Of a stretch of 64,000 nt of DNA, positions 43,432 to 56,020 are shown piece by piece. Below the pieces are notes generated by a model. It made no database searches. It saw only the letters and a list, made by a program, of their open reading frames with translations, and was not told the origin of the DNA. The stretch is from Eledone cirrhosa (lineage: Eukaryota), in the NCBI GenBank assembly GCA_964016885.1, contig OZ024743.1:368466001-368530000 (forward strand). Reading direction: 5' to 3'. The position numbers and the translations under genes are program-made. The number at the start of each line of letters is the position of its first letter. Positions within the stretch are counted from its first letter, which is position 1.

Positions 43432-43988
43432 CTCATCATCATCGTTTAACGTCCGTGTTCCATGCTTGCATGGGTTTGGACGGGAGTTTTCCCACTTGAG
43501 TCAAGAGTGGTTGTCTTGCTCGCATAGGACTGTCTGGCAGGTTTTCTACAGTTGGATGCCCTTCCTAACACCAACCACATTTACAGTGTGGGGCTGGGAG
43601 GTTTTTACCGTGTTGCCTACACGGCCACATTACAGCGTGGACTGTGTTTTTTTTTTGTCGTGACACCTACACGATCTCATTTGTTTCGGCCTGGATTTTC
43701 TGGCACCAACATAACTTTACATTGAAAGGGGCGGTGTGGATGGGGTGGGGGTGGTGGGACGGGGGTGTATTTTGTTAGAGATGCCTACTGACTGTAATAG
43801 GTTTTACTTTGTATTTAGGTAACGCGGGTCTTCTCTATTACTGAGTACCGCCAAAGCTCTCGGTCCAGTGACATTGTCTTGTAGAGGTGTAAGTGTGTGA
43901 GGTCGGAATTTATCAGCTCGTCCCAGGTTTTTCTGGGTCTGCCTATTCCGTGGCTACCGTCTATCTTTATTGCCCTGCACTTTGTTAT
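43432..43988 (-). mobile_element. RTE family A 3' fragment
   Basis: ORF end, 3' UTR and short (GAT)n tail. Confidence 0.9.
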
Positions 43989-44069
43989 TATATATATATA
44001 TATATATATATATCATATATATATATATATGATATATATATATGATATATATATATATATATATATATA

Positions 44070-44151
<82 letters not shown>

Positions 44152-44505
44152 ATATATATATATATATATATGATATATATATATGATATATGATATATAT
44201 ATATATATATATATGATATATATATATCATATATATATATGATATATATATATCATATATATATATGATATATATATATCATATATATATATCATATATA
44301 TATATCATATATATATATGATATATATATATCATATATATATATCATATATATATATGATATATATATATCATATATATATATGATATATATATATCATA
44401 TATATATATCATATATATATATCATATATATATCATATATATATATATATATATCATATATATATCATATATATATATATATATGATATATATATATATA
44501 TGATA
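43989..44505. repeat. (TA)n microsatellite interrupted by GAT/ATC
   Basis: Direct reading. Confidence 0.95.
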
Positions 44506-44894
44506 TGCCTAACACACACAACCATCATGCGCCCCCCCCCCTCTCTCTCTATATATATATATATGATAGGAATTCACTTCGCCAAATTTCATTGCTTTGC
44601 TGTCTACACCACGATATTCATGTAACGTAATGTACATATTTTCCTTCATCTCTACCTCCACAATCCTAATTCCTCAATTCCTAATTCTAGCGTATTTTCA
44701 AAACAATCCATATTTCGTATCAAGTCCAAATAGCCAATCTAATCGCTAAAACAATCTACATTTTTTGTATTTACTAATTGTTAGATACGAAAGTTTTTGA
44801 TCGTATTGAACAGAACAAATTTTGTATTTTTGTTAATCGCTTGTTAAATGTGCAAGGACCCCATTCAATCATTACCTCCTATCTAGCTACCCAA

Positions 44895-45000
44895 CACCCC
44901 TCCCTCCCGCCCCCACGCTCCACCACTGCTATTACGTGGACCAATCATAAGCCAGAGCCCCCACGCATCACCAGTATTATTACGCGGACCAATCAGAAGC
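44895..45000 (+). promoter_or_regulatory. Putative internal Pol II promoter of the RTE (GC box + two CCAAT boxes)
   Basis: CCCGCCCCC and two GGACCAATCA in a short duplicated block; two CCAAT boxes also in the 7.4-kb copy and one in the 21.5-kb copy. Confidence 0.5.
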
Positions 45001-45048
45001 CAGAGGCCTATACTATCGCTTGCCTGGTTGCCTTTCGATATATGATGG

Positions 45049-48000
45049 ATGGATGGACTGCGGAATCCTGGAGAGTGGAGGAGAGAGAGAGAAAAATCTG
45101 GACGCTCAGCGACAATGCCAAAGATAAAGACAAATTCACCTCTTGGACGAGAATGCGAGCACTCCTCATTGTTTCGACCGCGGACGGCTAACATAACCCC
45201 ATCGCCCCCCGCCCCCCACCGCCCCCAACCCCCAAATGCAATCCAAAACTTCAGAGTTGGTACCATAAATGTAGGCACCCTAAAGGGTCGCGCTAACGAG
45301 GTTGTAGAAATGCTTGAACGTAAGGAGGTCGATGTTTGTTGTATTCAAGAGACCAGGTGGAGGGGTGGGTCTGCTAGGTTCATTGAGGGTAAAAAACGAT
45401 GTTATAAGCTTTTCTGGGTGGGAAACGACGATGGGCTGGGTGGAGTAGGAATCATGGTAGCAGAAAAGTGGGCAGATAAGATAATAGACGTAAATAGAGT
45501 GAACGACAGAATAATTAAAATACGACTTGTCCTCAATAGAACTACGGTGACAGTAATATCTGCGTACGCACCCCAATCCGGACTGCCCGGCACTATAAAA
45601 GACAGATTCTATGAGACACTGATGCTAACTACCTCCCAAATATCCGACAGTGACTATATAATTATTGCAGGCGACCTAAATGGTCACGTTGGACAACATT
45701 GTGACGGCTACGACGAAATCCATGGAGGCTATGGGTTTGGTACTAGAAATGAGGAAGGCTCCAGAATCCTGGAATTCTGTGATGCAAATAACCTAACTAT
45801 CTGTAACACTAACTTCAAAAAACGTGACAATCACCTGATCACCTATAGATCCGGGGAACACACAAGCCAGGTAGATTATATCCTTACCAGAAGACGTGAC
45901 AGAGTGTCTGTTGTAAACACTAAATCCCTCCCCCATGAAGAATGCACCTCCCAACATAGACTGATAATTAGCGACCTCATAGTCAGGACGAGACGTACTC
46001 GACAGCAGAAGAGGACTATCCTCAGGAGAAAAATATGGAAGCTAAAGGACCCCACAGCCAGGAATAAATTTCAAAGCATATTACTTGATGCTTTCGACAG
46101 TAAGGAAGAACATTTAGAGTCGGACAATATAGAGGGAGAGTGGGAATTTCTGAAAGCAAACCTGCTGTTGGCGACAGACGAAGTCTGTGGCTGGAGCAGG
46201 CCTGTAGGCTGGAGGAGAGTAACATGGTGGTGGAACAGTAAGGTGGAGGGGTCAATTAAGGCCAAAAAGCAGGCTTGGAAAGTATGGCGGGATGGGGGAA
46301 GTAGAGAAGACTATCAAGTGGCCAGGAGGGAAGCTAGGAGACAAGTGTACTTAGCAAGAAGGGAAGCTGAGGAAAGAAAGTTCAAGCATGTTCTACAACG
46401 CGATGACCAAAAACGTGAGGTGTTCAGGATTGCTAGGCAATGCGTCAAGGAAAACCGTGATATTGTCGGGGAGAAGTGTGTACTAAACGACGATGGCACA
46501 CTTGCCATCACCGATGCTGATAAGAAGGTAGCTTGGAAGTGTCACTATGACAGGCTAATAAATGAGGAGAATAAATGGGAGAAAGACAGTCTCCCCCATA
46601 TCGACCCAATAGAGGGACCAGCAGTGTTAGTCGAGGGGAGTATAATAAGTAAGGCAATCAAGGATATGAAGACGGGTAAGGCGGCTGGGCCTTTGGAAAT
46701 AGTTGCTGAGATGCTGAAGGCATCTGGCACGGTGGGACACACCATGGTCACCCGCATAGTTAACCAAGTCGTACAGAATGGGGTTGTTCCGAAGGACTGG
46801 CATAGCAGCATCATCATTAACTGTTATAAGGCTAAAGGAGACGCCCTAGATAGGAGTAACTATAGAGGCATTAAATTAATCGACCAGGTCATGAAGGTCA
46901 CGGAAAAAGTAATAGCGCAACTAATCAGAGAGAGAATTGACCTAGATGAAATGCAGTTCGGGTTTGTGTCAGGCAAAAGTACCACAGACGCTCTTTTCAT
47001 AGTACGACAACTACAGGAGAAGTACCTAGCTAAAGGTAAACCCCTCTACTTAGCTTTTGTCGACTTGGAGAAAGCCTTCGACAGAGTCCCCCGCTCCATT
47101 ATCTGGTGGGCTCTTAGAAAACTAGGTGTTGACGAATGGCTTGTGAGGGCTATACAAGCCATGTATAAAGAAACAGTCAGCAAGGTTAGAATTAACAACG
47201 AATATAGTGAAGAGTTTAGCGTAAAAGTTGGCGTCCATCAGGGCTCTGTTCTCAGCCCCATACTATTTATTATTGCCCTTCAGGCTATAACAGAGGAGTT
47301 CAAGACAGGCTGCCCATGGGAACTCCTATACGCAGACGACCTGACACTCATAGCGGAATCAATGGCCGAGCTAGAGAAGAAATTCCAAACATGGAAGCAC
47401 GGCCTAGAGTCAAAAGGACTTAAAATTAACCTGGCTAAGACCAAAGTACTAGTTTGTAGGAAAGAAAACAAGGCGGCAGTCCCTTCTGGGAAATGGTCGT
47501 GCTCGGTGTGTAGGAAAGGCGTAGGTAGAAACTCCATTTTATGTCCCAAATGCAAAGTATGGGTGCATAAAAGATGTAGTGGGATCACAGGTAAGCTAAC
47601 TAAGAACATAGATTTTACATGTGGCCGGTGTTCTGGTGCAATAAGTAGCAGCAAGTGCCCACAAAATACTAGCTCTTTCAATTGCACAGAGGGTTCTATA
47701 GAAATAGTGGACAGCTTCCGTTACCTGGGCGATAAAATCAGCAGTGGGGGAGGGTGCTCTGAAAGTACAGTAGCTAGAGTCAGAACTGGATGGAAAAAGT
47801 TCAGAGAGCGTATACCACTATTAGCTGCTAAAGGGTTCTCCCTAAAAATGAAAGGCAGGTTGTACGATGCCTGCATACGAACAGCAATGCTGCATGGCAG
47901 TGAGACCTGGGCATTGTGTGCAGAGGATATACGCAGACTAGAGAGGAACGAAGCTTGCATGCTCCGCTGGATGTGTAACAGTAATATACGTGAACGGCAA

Positions 48001-48285
48001 AGCATAAACGAACTAAGGAAAAAATTAGAGATAAGAGGGATCAGATGTTGTTTACTCGAGAGAAGGCTACGTTGGTATGGACACGTGATGCGCATGAAAG
48101 TCGATAGCTGTATAACAAAGTGCAGGGCAATAAAGATAGACGGTAGTCACGGAATAGGCAGACCTAGAAAAACCTGGGACGAGCTGATAAACTCCGACAT
48201 CACACACTTACACCTCTCCAAGACAATGTCACTGGACCGAGACCTTTGGCAGTACTCAGTAACGGAGAAGACCCGCCTTACCTAA
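45049..48285 (+). CDS. Intact RTE ORF, 1078 aa: APE endonuclease + RT + PHD-type finger
   Basis: GTINV, QETRW, YAPQ, GDLNGH, VDYIL, SQHRL, DLEKAFD, QGSVLSP, YADD, C4HC3 finger, FRYLG and GRPRKTW all intact. Confidence 0.93.
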   Translation: MDGLRNPGEWRREREKSGRSATMPKIKTNSPLGRECEHSSLFRPRTANITPSPPAPHRPQPPNAIQNFRVGTINVGTLKGRANEVVEMLERKEVDVCCIQETRWRGGSARFIEGKKRCYKLFWVGNDDGLGGVGIMVAEKWADKIIDVNRVNDRIIKIRLVLNRTTVTVISAYAPQSGLPGTIKDRFYETLMLTTSQISDSDYIIIAGDLNGHVGQHCDGYDEIHGGYGFGTRNEEGSRILEFCDANNLTICNTNFKKRDNHLITYRSGEHTSQVDYILTRRRDRVSVVNTKSLPHEECTSQHRLIISDLIVRTRRTRQQKRTILRRKIWKLKDPTARNKFQSILLDAFDSKEEHLESDNIEGEWEFLKANLLLATDEVCGWSRPVGWRRVTWWWNSKVEGSIKAKKQAWKVWRDGGSREDYQVARREARRQVYLARREAEERKFKHVLQRDDQKREVFRIARQCVKENRDIVGEKCVLNDDGTLAITDADKKVAWKCHYDRLINEENKWEKDSLPHIDPIEGPAVLVEGSIISKAIKDMKTGKAAGPLEIVAEMLKASGTVGHTMVTRIVNQVVQNGVVPKDWHSSIIINCYKAKGDALDRSNYRGIKLIDQVMKVTEKVIAQLIRERIDLDEMQFGFVSGKSTTDALFIVRQLQEKYLAKGKPLYLAFVDLEKAFDRVPRSIIWWALRKLGVDEWLVRAIQAMYKETVSKVRINNEYSEEFSVKVGVHQGSVLSPILFIIALQAITEEFKTGCPWELLYADDLTLIAESMAELEKKFQTWKHGLESKGLKINLAKTKVLVCRKENKAAVPSGKWSCSVCRKGVGRNSILCPKCKVWVHKRCSGITGKLTKNIDFTCGRCSGAISSSKCPQNTSSFNCTEGSIEIVDSFRYLGDKISSGGGCSESTVARVRTGWKKFRERIPLLAAKGFSLKMKGRLYDACIRTAMLHGSETWALCAEDIRRLERNEACMLRWMCNSNIRERQSINELRKKLEIRGIRCCLLERRLRWYGHVMRMKVDSCITKCRAIKIDGSHGIGRPRKTWDELINSDITHLHLSKTMSLDRDLWQYSVTEKTRLT

Positions 48286-48702
48286 ATATATAGTAAAAAC
48301 CTACTCCAGCCAGTAGGCATCTCTATCAAAACACCCCCCCCCGTCCCACCACCTCCACCCCATCCACACCGCCCCTTTCAATGTACAGACATGTTGGTCC
48401 CACAACATCCAGGCCGAAACAAATGAGATCGTGTAAGTGTCACGACAAAAAAACACACAGTCCACGCTGTAAATGTGGCCGTGTAGGCAACACGGTAAAA
48501 ACCTCCCCGCCCCACACTGTAAATGTGGTTGGTGTTAGGAAGGGCATCCAACTGTAGAAAACCCGCCAGACAGTCCTATGCGAGCAAGACAACCACTCTT
48601 GCCTCAAGTGGGAAAACCCCCGTCCAAACCCATGCAAGCGTGGAACACGGATGCTAAACCTGATGATGATGATGATGATGATGATATATATATATATATA
48701 TA

Positions 48703-48918
48703 TTGGGAACGATTGACTTTCGTCAAATCGGACCGAGGGAACAATTTTTCCGTTGGTCTTTCAAATTGCTAATACTATCTATCGGTCGCAACTCCAGGTA
48801 GAAGGAGCGACGTGATAAAGTGTCTTGCTCAAGGACATAACGCATCGCCTGGTCCAGGAATCGAACTCACAACCTTACGATTGCAAATCCAATTCTCTAA
48901 CCACTCAGCCACATGCCT
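48703..48918 (-). mobile_element. tRNA-derived SINE head (48918-48812) joined to a distinct structured 3' segment
   Basis: AGGCATGTGGCTGAGTGGTTAGAG ... GAGTTCGATTCC ... TCCTTGAGCAAGACACTTTA, then three hairpins. Confidence 0.7.
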
Positions 48919-49060
48919 TATATATATATATCATATATATATATATATCATATATATATATATATATCATATATATATATATATATATCATATATATATA
49001 TATCGTATATATATCATATATATATATATCGTATATATATATATATATATGATATATATA

Positions 49061-49095
<35 letters not shown>

Positions 49096-49112
49096 ATATA
49101 TATATGATATAT

Positions 49113-49492
49113 ATAAAATAAAGTTAAATAAAAGTCAAATGATTAAAATTTAGCTTCGTTTATTACTGCTATATATATTTCAGTGACAGCCATCTTTGGC
49201 TGTGACCTCTTCAGGCAGTTTGAATTAGTATGGTATAGACAAGTACATATGTTGTTTAGGTGTATGATATTGTCAATACTCTGATATGCCCAGTTCCTTG
49301 CTGGGTTGTTATTTCACTGGGGAACTGGAGTCATAAACTGGAGTAATAAACGAAGCTAAATTTTAATCATTTGACTTTTATTTAACTTTATTTTACACTA
49401 CTCCGGAGTAACCAAACCAACCTGCGCACTTCGTCGAGTGCTCCAGCCTGCATACTGAGGTGTTGGTATACAACCAACATAAACTCAAAATC
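49113..49492 (+). mobile_element. Non-autonomous Penelope-style element (family H3): inverted arm + direct 3' end with tail
   Basis: 49114-49167 is the reverse complement of 49342-49395; ~97-bp unpaired tail; flanked by TA tracts. Confidence 0.75.
49165..49219 (-). ncRNA. Minimal type I hammerhead ribozyme (H3)
   Basis: Minus strand: ACUGC-CUGAAGA-GGUCACAGCC aaagau GGCUGUCACU-GAAA-UAUAU-AUA-GCAGU, followed by AAUAAA. Confidence 0.82.
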
Positions 49493-49594
49493 TATATGAT
49501 ATATATATATATATATATATATGATATATATATATGATATATATATGATATATATATATATATATATGATATATATATATATATATATATATAT

Positions 49595-50222
49595 ATCATC
49601 ATCATCATCAACGTTTAACGTCCGTGTTCCACGCTTGCATGGGTTTGGACGGGGGTAGTCCCACTTGAGGCAAGAGTGATTGTCTTGCTCGCATAGGACT
49701 GTCTGGCAGGTTTTCTACAGTTGGATGCCCTTCCTAACACCAACCACATTTACAGTGTGGGTCTGGGAGGTTTTTACCGTGTTGCCTACACGGCCACATT
49801 ACAGCGTGGACTGTGTGTTTTTTTGTCGTGACACCTACACGATCTCGTTTGTTTCGGCCTGGATGGCGCGGCACCAACATAACTTTACATAGAACGGGGT
49901 GGTGTGGATGGGGTGGGGGTGGTGGCGGGACGGGGTGTATTTTGTTAGAGATGCCTACTGGCAAGGCGGGTCTTCTCTGTTACTGAGTACCGCCAAAGGT
50001 CACGGTCCAGTGACATTGTCTTGGAGAGGTGTAAGTGTGTGAGGTCGGAGTTTATCAGCTCATCCCATGTTTTTCTAGGTCTGCCTATTCCGTGGCTACC
50101 GTCTATCTTTATTGCCCTGCACTTTGTAATACAGCTATCGACTTTCATGCGCATCACGTGTCCATACCAACGCAGCCTTCTCTCGAGTAAACAACATCTG
50201 ATCCCTCTTATCTCTAATTTTT
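49595..50222 (-). mobile_element. RTE family A 3' fragment with a small deletion across the stop codon
   Basis: ORF end ...EKTRLASRHL; (GAT)n tail. Confidence 0.9.
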
Positions 50223-50393
50223 TTATATATATATATATATATCATCATCATCATCATTTTACATATATGATATATATATATATATATATGATATATATAT
50301 ATATATATATATGATATATATATATATATATATGATATATATATATATATATATGATATATATATATATATATATGATATATATATATATATG

Positions 50394-50442
<49 letters not shown>

Positions 50443-50461
50443 GATATATATATATATATAT

Positions 50462-53400
50462 ATCATCATCATCATCATCATCACCGTTTTACGTCCGTTC
50501 TTCCACGCTAGCATGGGTTAGACGGGTTGTCCTGTTGTGGGCACTGTCTGGTTGGCTGACCATGCCTTGCTCATACAGGAACTGATCTGGCTTGATTTCT
50601 ACAGCTGGATGCCCTTCCTAACACCAACCTCATTTACAGTGAGTGCTGGGTGCTTTTTCGTGGCGCCTACACGTCCACTTTACAGTGTGGGCTGGGTGCT
50701 GTTTTGCCGTGGCACCTCCACGACCACCTTGCGGTGGGGGGGGGGGGGGCATATCGTTTATATGCTTCAGCATGTACCCATGGGAGGTCGGGTACCCTGT
50801 ATTACTGCGTGACGCCAGAAGTCACGGTCGTGTGTCATTGACTTTGAGAGGTGTAGTTGGGTAAGGTCGGCTTTTATCACCTCATCCCAAGTCATCTTGG
50901 GTCTCCCCACTCCGCGGTTTCCATCAACTTCTAGTGCTCTGCACCTTTTTATGCAGCTGTCATCCTTCATACGCATCACATGTCCATACCAGCGTAACCG
51001 CCTCTCCTGCACGCAGCATTTGATTCCTCTTATGCTCAGTCTCTCTCTCAATTCATTTATGCTTTGTCGTTCACGTATATTACTGTTACACATCCATCGG
51101 AGCATGCAGGCTTCGTTTCTCTCTAATCTACGTAAGTCTTCCACCTTCAGCGCCCAGGTCTCACTACCATGCAACATCGCTGTTCGGATACACGCATCAT
51201 ACAGTCTGCCTTTCATTCTGAGGGAGAAGCCTTTTGCAGCTAGCAGTGGTAGTAGTTCCCTAAACTTCTTCCATCCCGTTCTTACCCTAGTTATTGTACT
51301 TTCTGAGCACCCACCTCCGTTGCTAATTCGGTCACCTAGGTAGCAGAAGCTGTCTACTGTTTCTACAGGGCCCTCCCAGAGATTGGTGGTACTTGTTTCC
51401 TGTGGCTGTTTGCTTGCTGTTTCAGCACAGCTGCTGCATGTGAATCCTACATTCTTAATTAAGCTTCCTGAGATCCCGCTACATCTCTTGTGTACCCATT
51501 GTTTGCATTTGGGGCAAAGAATGGAGTTCCTACCTACACCTTTCCTACATACTGAGCAAGGCCATTTCCCTGAGGGGATCTGGGTTCTGTTTTCTCGTCT
51601 ACTTATAAGGACCTTAGTCTTTGTCATGTTGACTTTGAGGCCCTTTCTCTCTAGTCCCTGCTTCCAGGTTTGGAATTTATTCTCTAGTTCTACCATAGAT
51701 TCAGCTATGAGTGCGAGGTCATCAGCATACAGGAGTTCCCATGGGCATCCGGTCTTAAACTCCTCCGTTATTGCCTGCAGGACTATGATGAACAGGAGAG
51801 GGCTAAGAACAGAGCCCTGGTGGACCCCAACCTGTACGCTAAATTCCTCGCTATACTCATTGCCAATCCTAACTTTGCTGACTGCTCCCCTATACATGGC
51901 TTGTACCGCTTTCACAAGCCATTCATCTACTCCTAGTTTTCTAAGAGCCCACCAGATTACTGCACGTGGAACTCTGTCAAAGGCTTTCTCAAGGTCGACA
52001 AATGCCAAGTAGAGTGGCTTACTTTTAGCTAGGTACTTTTCCTGTAATTGCCTCACAAGGAAGAGCGCATCAGTGGTGCCTTTCCCTGGAACAAACCCAA
52101 ATTGCATCTCGTCTATATTCACCCGGTCCCTAATCAGCTGTGCTATAACTCTTTCTGTTACTTTCATGACCTGGTCCATCAACTTTATACCTCTATAGTT
52201 TCCTCTATCTAGTGCATCGCCTTTACCTTTGTAGCAGTTGACAATGATGCTACTGCACCAATCTTTTGGTATGGCCCCCTCTAGTATTACCTGGTTAACG
52301 ATACGTGTGGTTATAGTGTGACCTACAGACCCAGATGCCTTCAGCATCTCGGCAGCTATACCCGATGGACCGGTTGCCTTCCCTATCTTCATATCTCTGA
52401 TTGCCTTACTTACTACGCTGCCGCTGACTTGTACTGCTGGTCCCTCTATAGGGTCTACGTGGGGTAGGGTCTCTTCTTCCCATGCATTCTCCTCATTTAG
52501 TAATCTATCATAATGACTCTTCCATGCATCTTTCTTCTCAGCACTTGTGAGGGCAAGCTCACCTTTATCATTCCGGATACACTTCTCTCCAATGACATCA
52601 CAACTATCTCTGACACACTGCCTCGCAATCTTGAATACCTCCTGTTTCTGGTCCTCACGTTGTAAAACATGCTTGAATTTTCTATCCTCTGCTTCCCTCC
52701 TAGCTAAGTATACTTGTCGCCTAGCTTCCCTCTTGGTCTCTATGTAATGTACCCTGCTCCCCCCGTTCTTCCATTCTTTCCATGCCTGTCTCTTGGCCTT
52801 GACTGCTTCATCTACCTTATTGTTCCACCACCAAGTCACTCTCCTCCTGCTTGAGGTCTTACTCCAGCCACAAACCTCATCCGTCGCCTCTAGTAAGTTA
52901 TTTTTTAGGAACTCCCAGTTCTCTTCTACGTTAAATGTCTCTATCTGTTCTTCTTTACTGTCGTAGGCGTTGAGTAAAATATCTTTAAATCTGTTACTGG
53001 TTGAGGGGACTTTCAGCTTCCAGATCTTTCTTCTCCAGGTTGGCCTCTGTTTCAGGGCTCGTCTAGTTCTGACCGTGAGGTCGCTGACAACTAAGCTATG
53101 TTGGGATGTACATTCCTCACTAGGGAAGGCTTTTGTGTTTACGACCGTCCATCTGTCACGTCCTCTGATGAGGATAAAATCTAACTGACTAGAGTGCTCC
53201 CCTGATCTATAGGTGATCAGGTGGTTGTCGGGTTTTTTAAAGTTTGTGTTACATATCGACATGTCATTGGCGTCGCAGAATTCTAGAAGTCTGAATCCTT
53301 CCTCATTCCTTGTGCCAACTCCATGGCCTCCATGTACTCTATTGAAGCCGTCGCAGTGTTTACCTACGTGTCCGTTAAAATCTCCTGCAATGATTAGGAA

Positions 53401-53868
53401 GTCCTTGTCGTCTGTTAGAGCAGTAGTGTGTATTAGGGACTCGTAAAACCTATCCTTAAGTTCGTCTGGCAGCCCCGATTGGGGTGCGTAAGCTGATATT
53501 ATTGTGGTAATTGTCTTATTCAGGACTAGTCTGAGTTTAATGATTCTTGCATTTACCCTGTACACTGAGATTACTTTATCTACCCACTTGTCAGCTAATA
53601 GTATACCTACACCACCCATCCCATCGTCATTTCCCACCCAGAAAAATTTGTAGCACTGGCTTTTTCCTACAAGGACTCTAGCAGACCCTCCTCTCCATCT
53701 AGTCTCTTGCACACAGCATACATCAACTTCCTTTCGCTCTAGCATTTCTACGATTTCTCCTGCTCTTCCTTTCATTGAGCCTACATTGATGGTACCAACT
53801 CGGAGTTTTGGGCATTTGTCGACACTCGTAGGGGAGGGTCTCTGGGTTGGCGCTTCACGTGGGTGCTT
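50462..53868 (-). mobile_element. RTE LINE family B, slightly 5'-truncated
   Basis: (GAT)n tail, distinct 3' UTR and long ORF; ends in (TA)n just upstream of the GTINV motif. Confidence 0.95.
50767..53775 (-). CDS. RTE family B ORF (APE + RT + PHD-type finger), open, native start missing
   Basis: GDFNGH, DLEKAFD, QGSVLSP, YADD and CSVC...CPKC...HKRC...CSSC intact; the frame continues upstream as KLRVGTINVGS until the truncation. Confidence 0.9.
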   Translation of the reverse strand: MKGRAGEIVEMLERKEVDVCCVQETRWRGGSARVLVGKSQCYKFFWVGNDDGMGGVGILLADKWVDKVISVYRVNARIIKLRLVLNKTITTIISAYAPQSGLPDELKDRFYESLIHTTALTDDKDFLIIAGDFNGHVGKHCDGFNRVHGGHGVGTRNEEGFRLLEFCDANDMSICNTNFKKPDNHLITYRSGEHSSQLDFILIRGRDRWTVVNTKAFPSEECTSQHSLVVSDLTVRTRRALKQRPTWRRKIWKLKVPSTSNRFKDILLNAYDSKEEQIETFNVEENWEFLKNNLLEATDEVCGWSKTSSRRRVTWWWNNKVDEAVKAKRQAWKEWKNGGSRVHYIETKREARRQVYLARREAEDRKFKHVLQREDQKQEVFKIARQCVRDSCDVIGEKCIRNDKGELALTSAEKKDAWKSHYDRLLNEENAWEEETLPHVDPIEGPAVQVSGSVVSKAIRDMKIGKATGPSGIAAEMLKASGSVGHTITTRIVNQVILEGAIPKDWCSSIIVNCYKGKGDALDRGNYRGIKLMDQVMKVTERVIAQLIRDRVNIDEMQFGFVPGKGTTDALFLVRQLQEKYLAKSKPLYLAFVDLEKAFDRVPRAVIWWALRKLGVDEWLVKAVQAMYRGAVSKVRIGNEYSEEFSVQVGVHQGSVLSPLLFIIVLQAITEEFKTGCPWELLYADDLALIAESMVELENKFQTWKQGLERKGLKVNMTKTKVLISRRENRTQIPSGKWPCSVCRKGVGRNSILCPKCKQWVHKRCSGISGSLIKNVGFTCSSCAETASKQPQETSTTNLWEGPVETVDSFCYLGDRISNGGGCSESTITRVRTGWKKFRELLPLLAAKGFSLRMKGRLYDACIRTAMLHGSETWALKVEDLRRLERNEACMLRWMCNSNIRERQSINELRERLSIRGIKCCVQERRLRWYGHVMRMKDDSCIKRCRALEVDGNRGVGRPKMTWDEVIKADLTQLHLSKSMTHDRDFWRHAVIQGTRPPMGTC

Positions 53869-56020
<2,152 letters not shown>

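Larger units (their letters stand above)
44565..48685 (+). mobile_element. RTE LINE family A (A2), full-length candidate
   Basis: ~480-bp 5' UTR, uninterrupted ORF, 3' UTR and (GAT)n tail. Confidence 0.95.

Noticed and set aside
44565-45048. HDV-like ribozyme at the RTE 5' end, as known in some RTE elements
   Set aside because: No nested double pseudoknot could be found by eye; a descriptor search (e.g. RNArobo) would be needed
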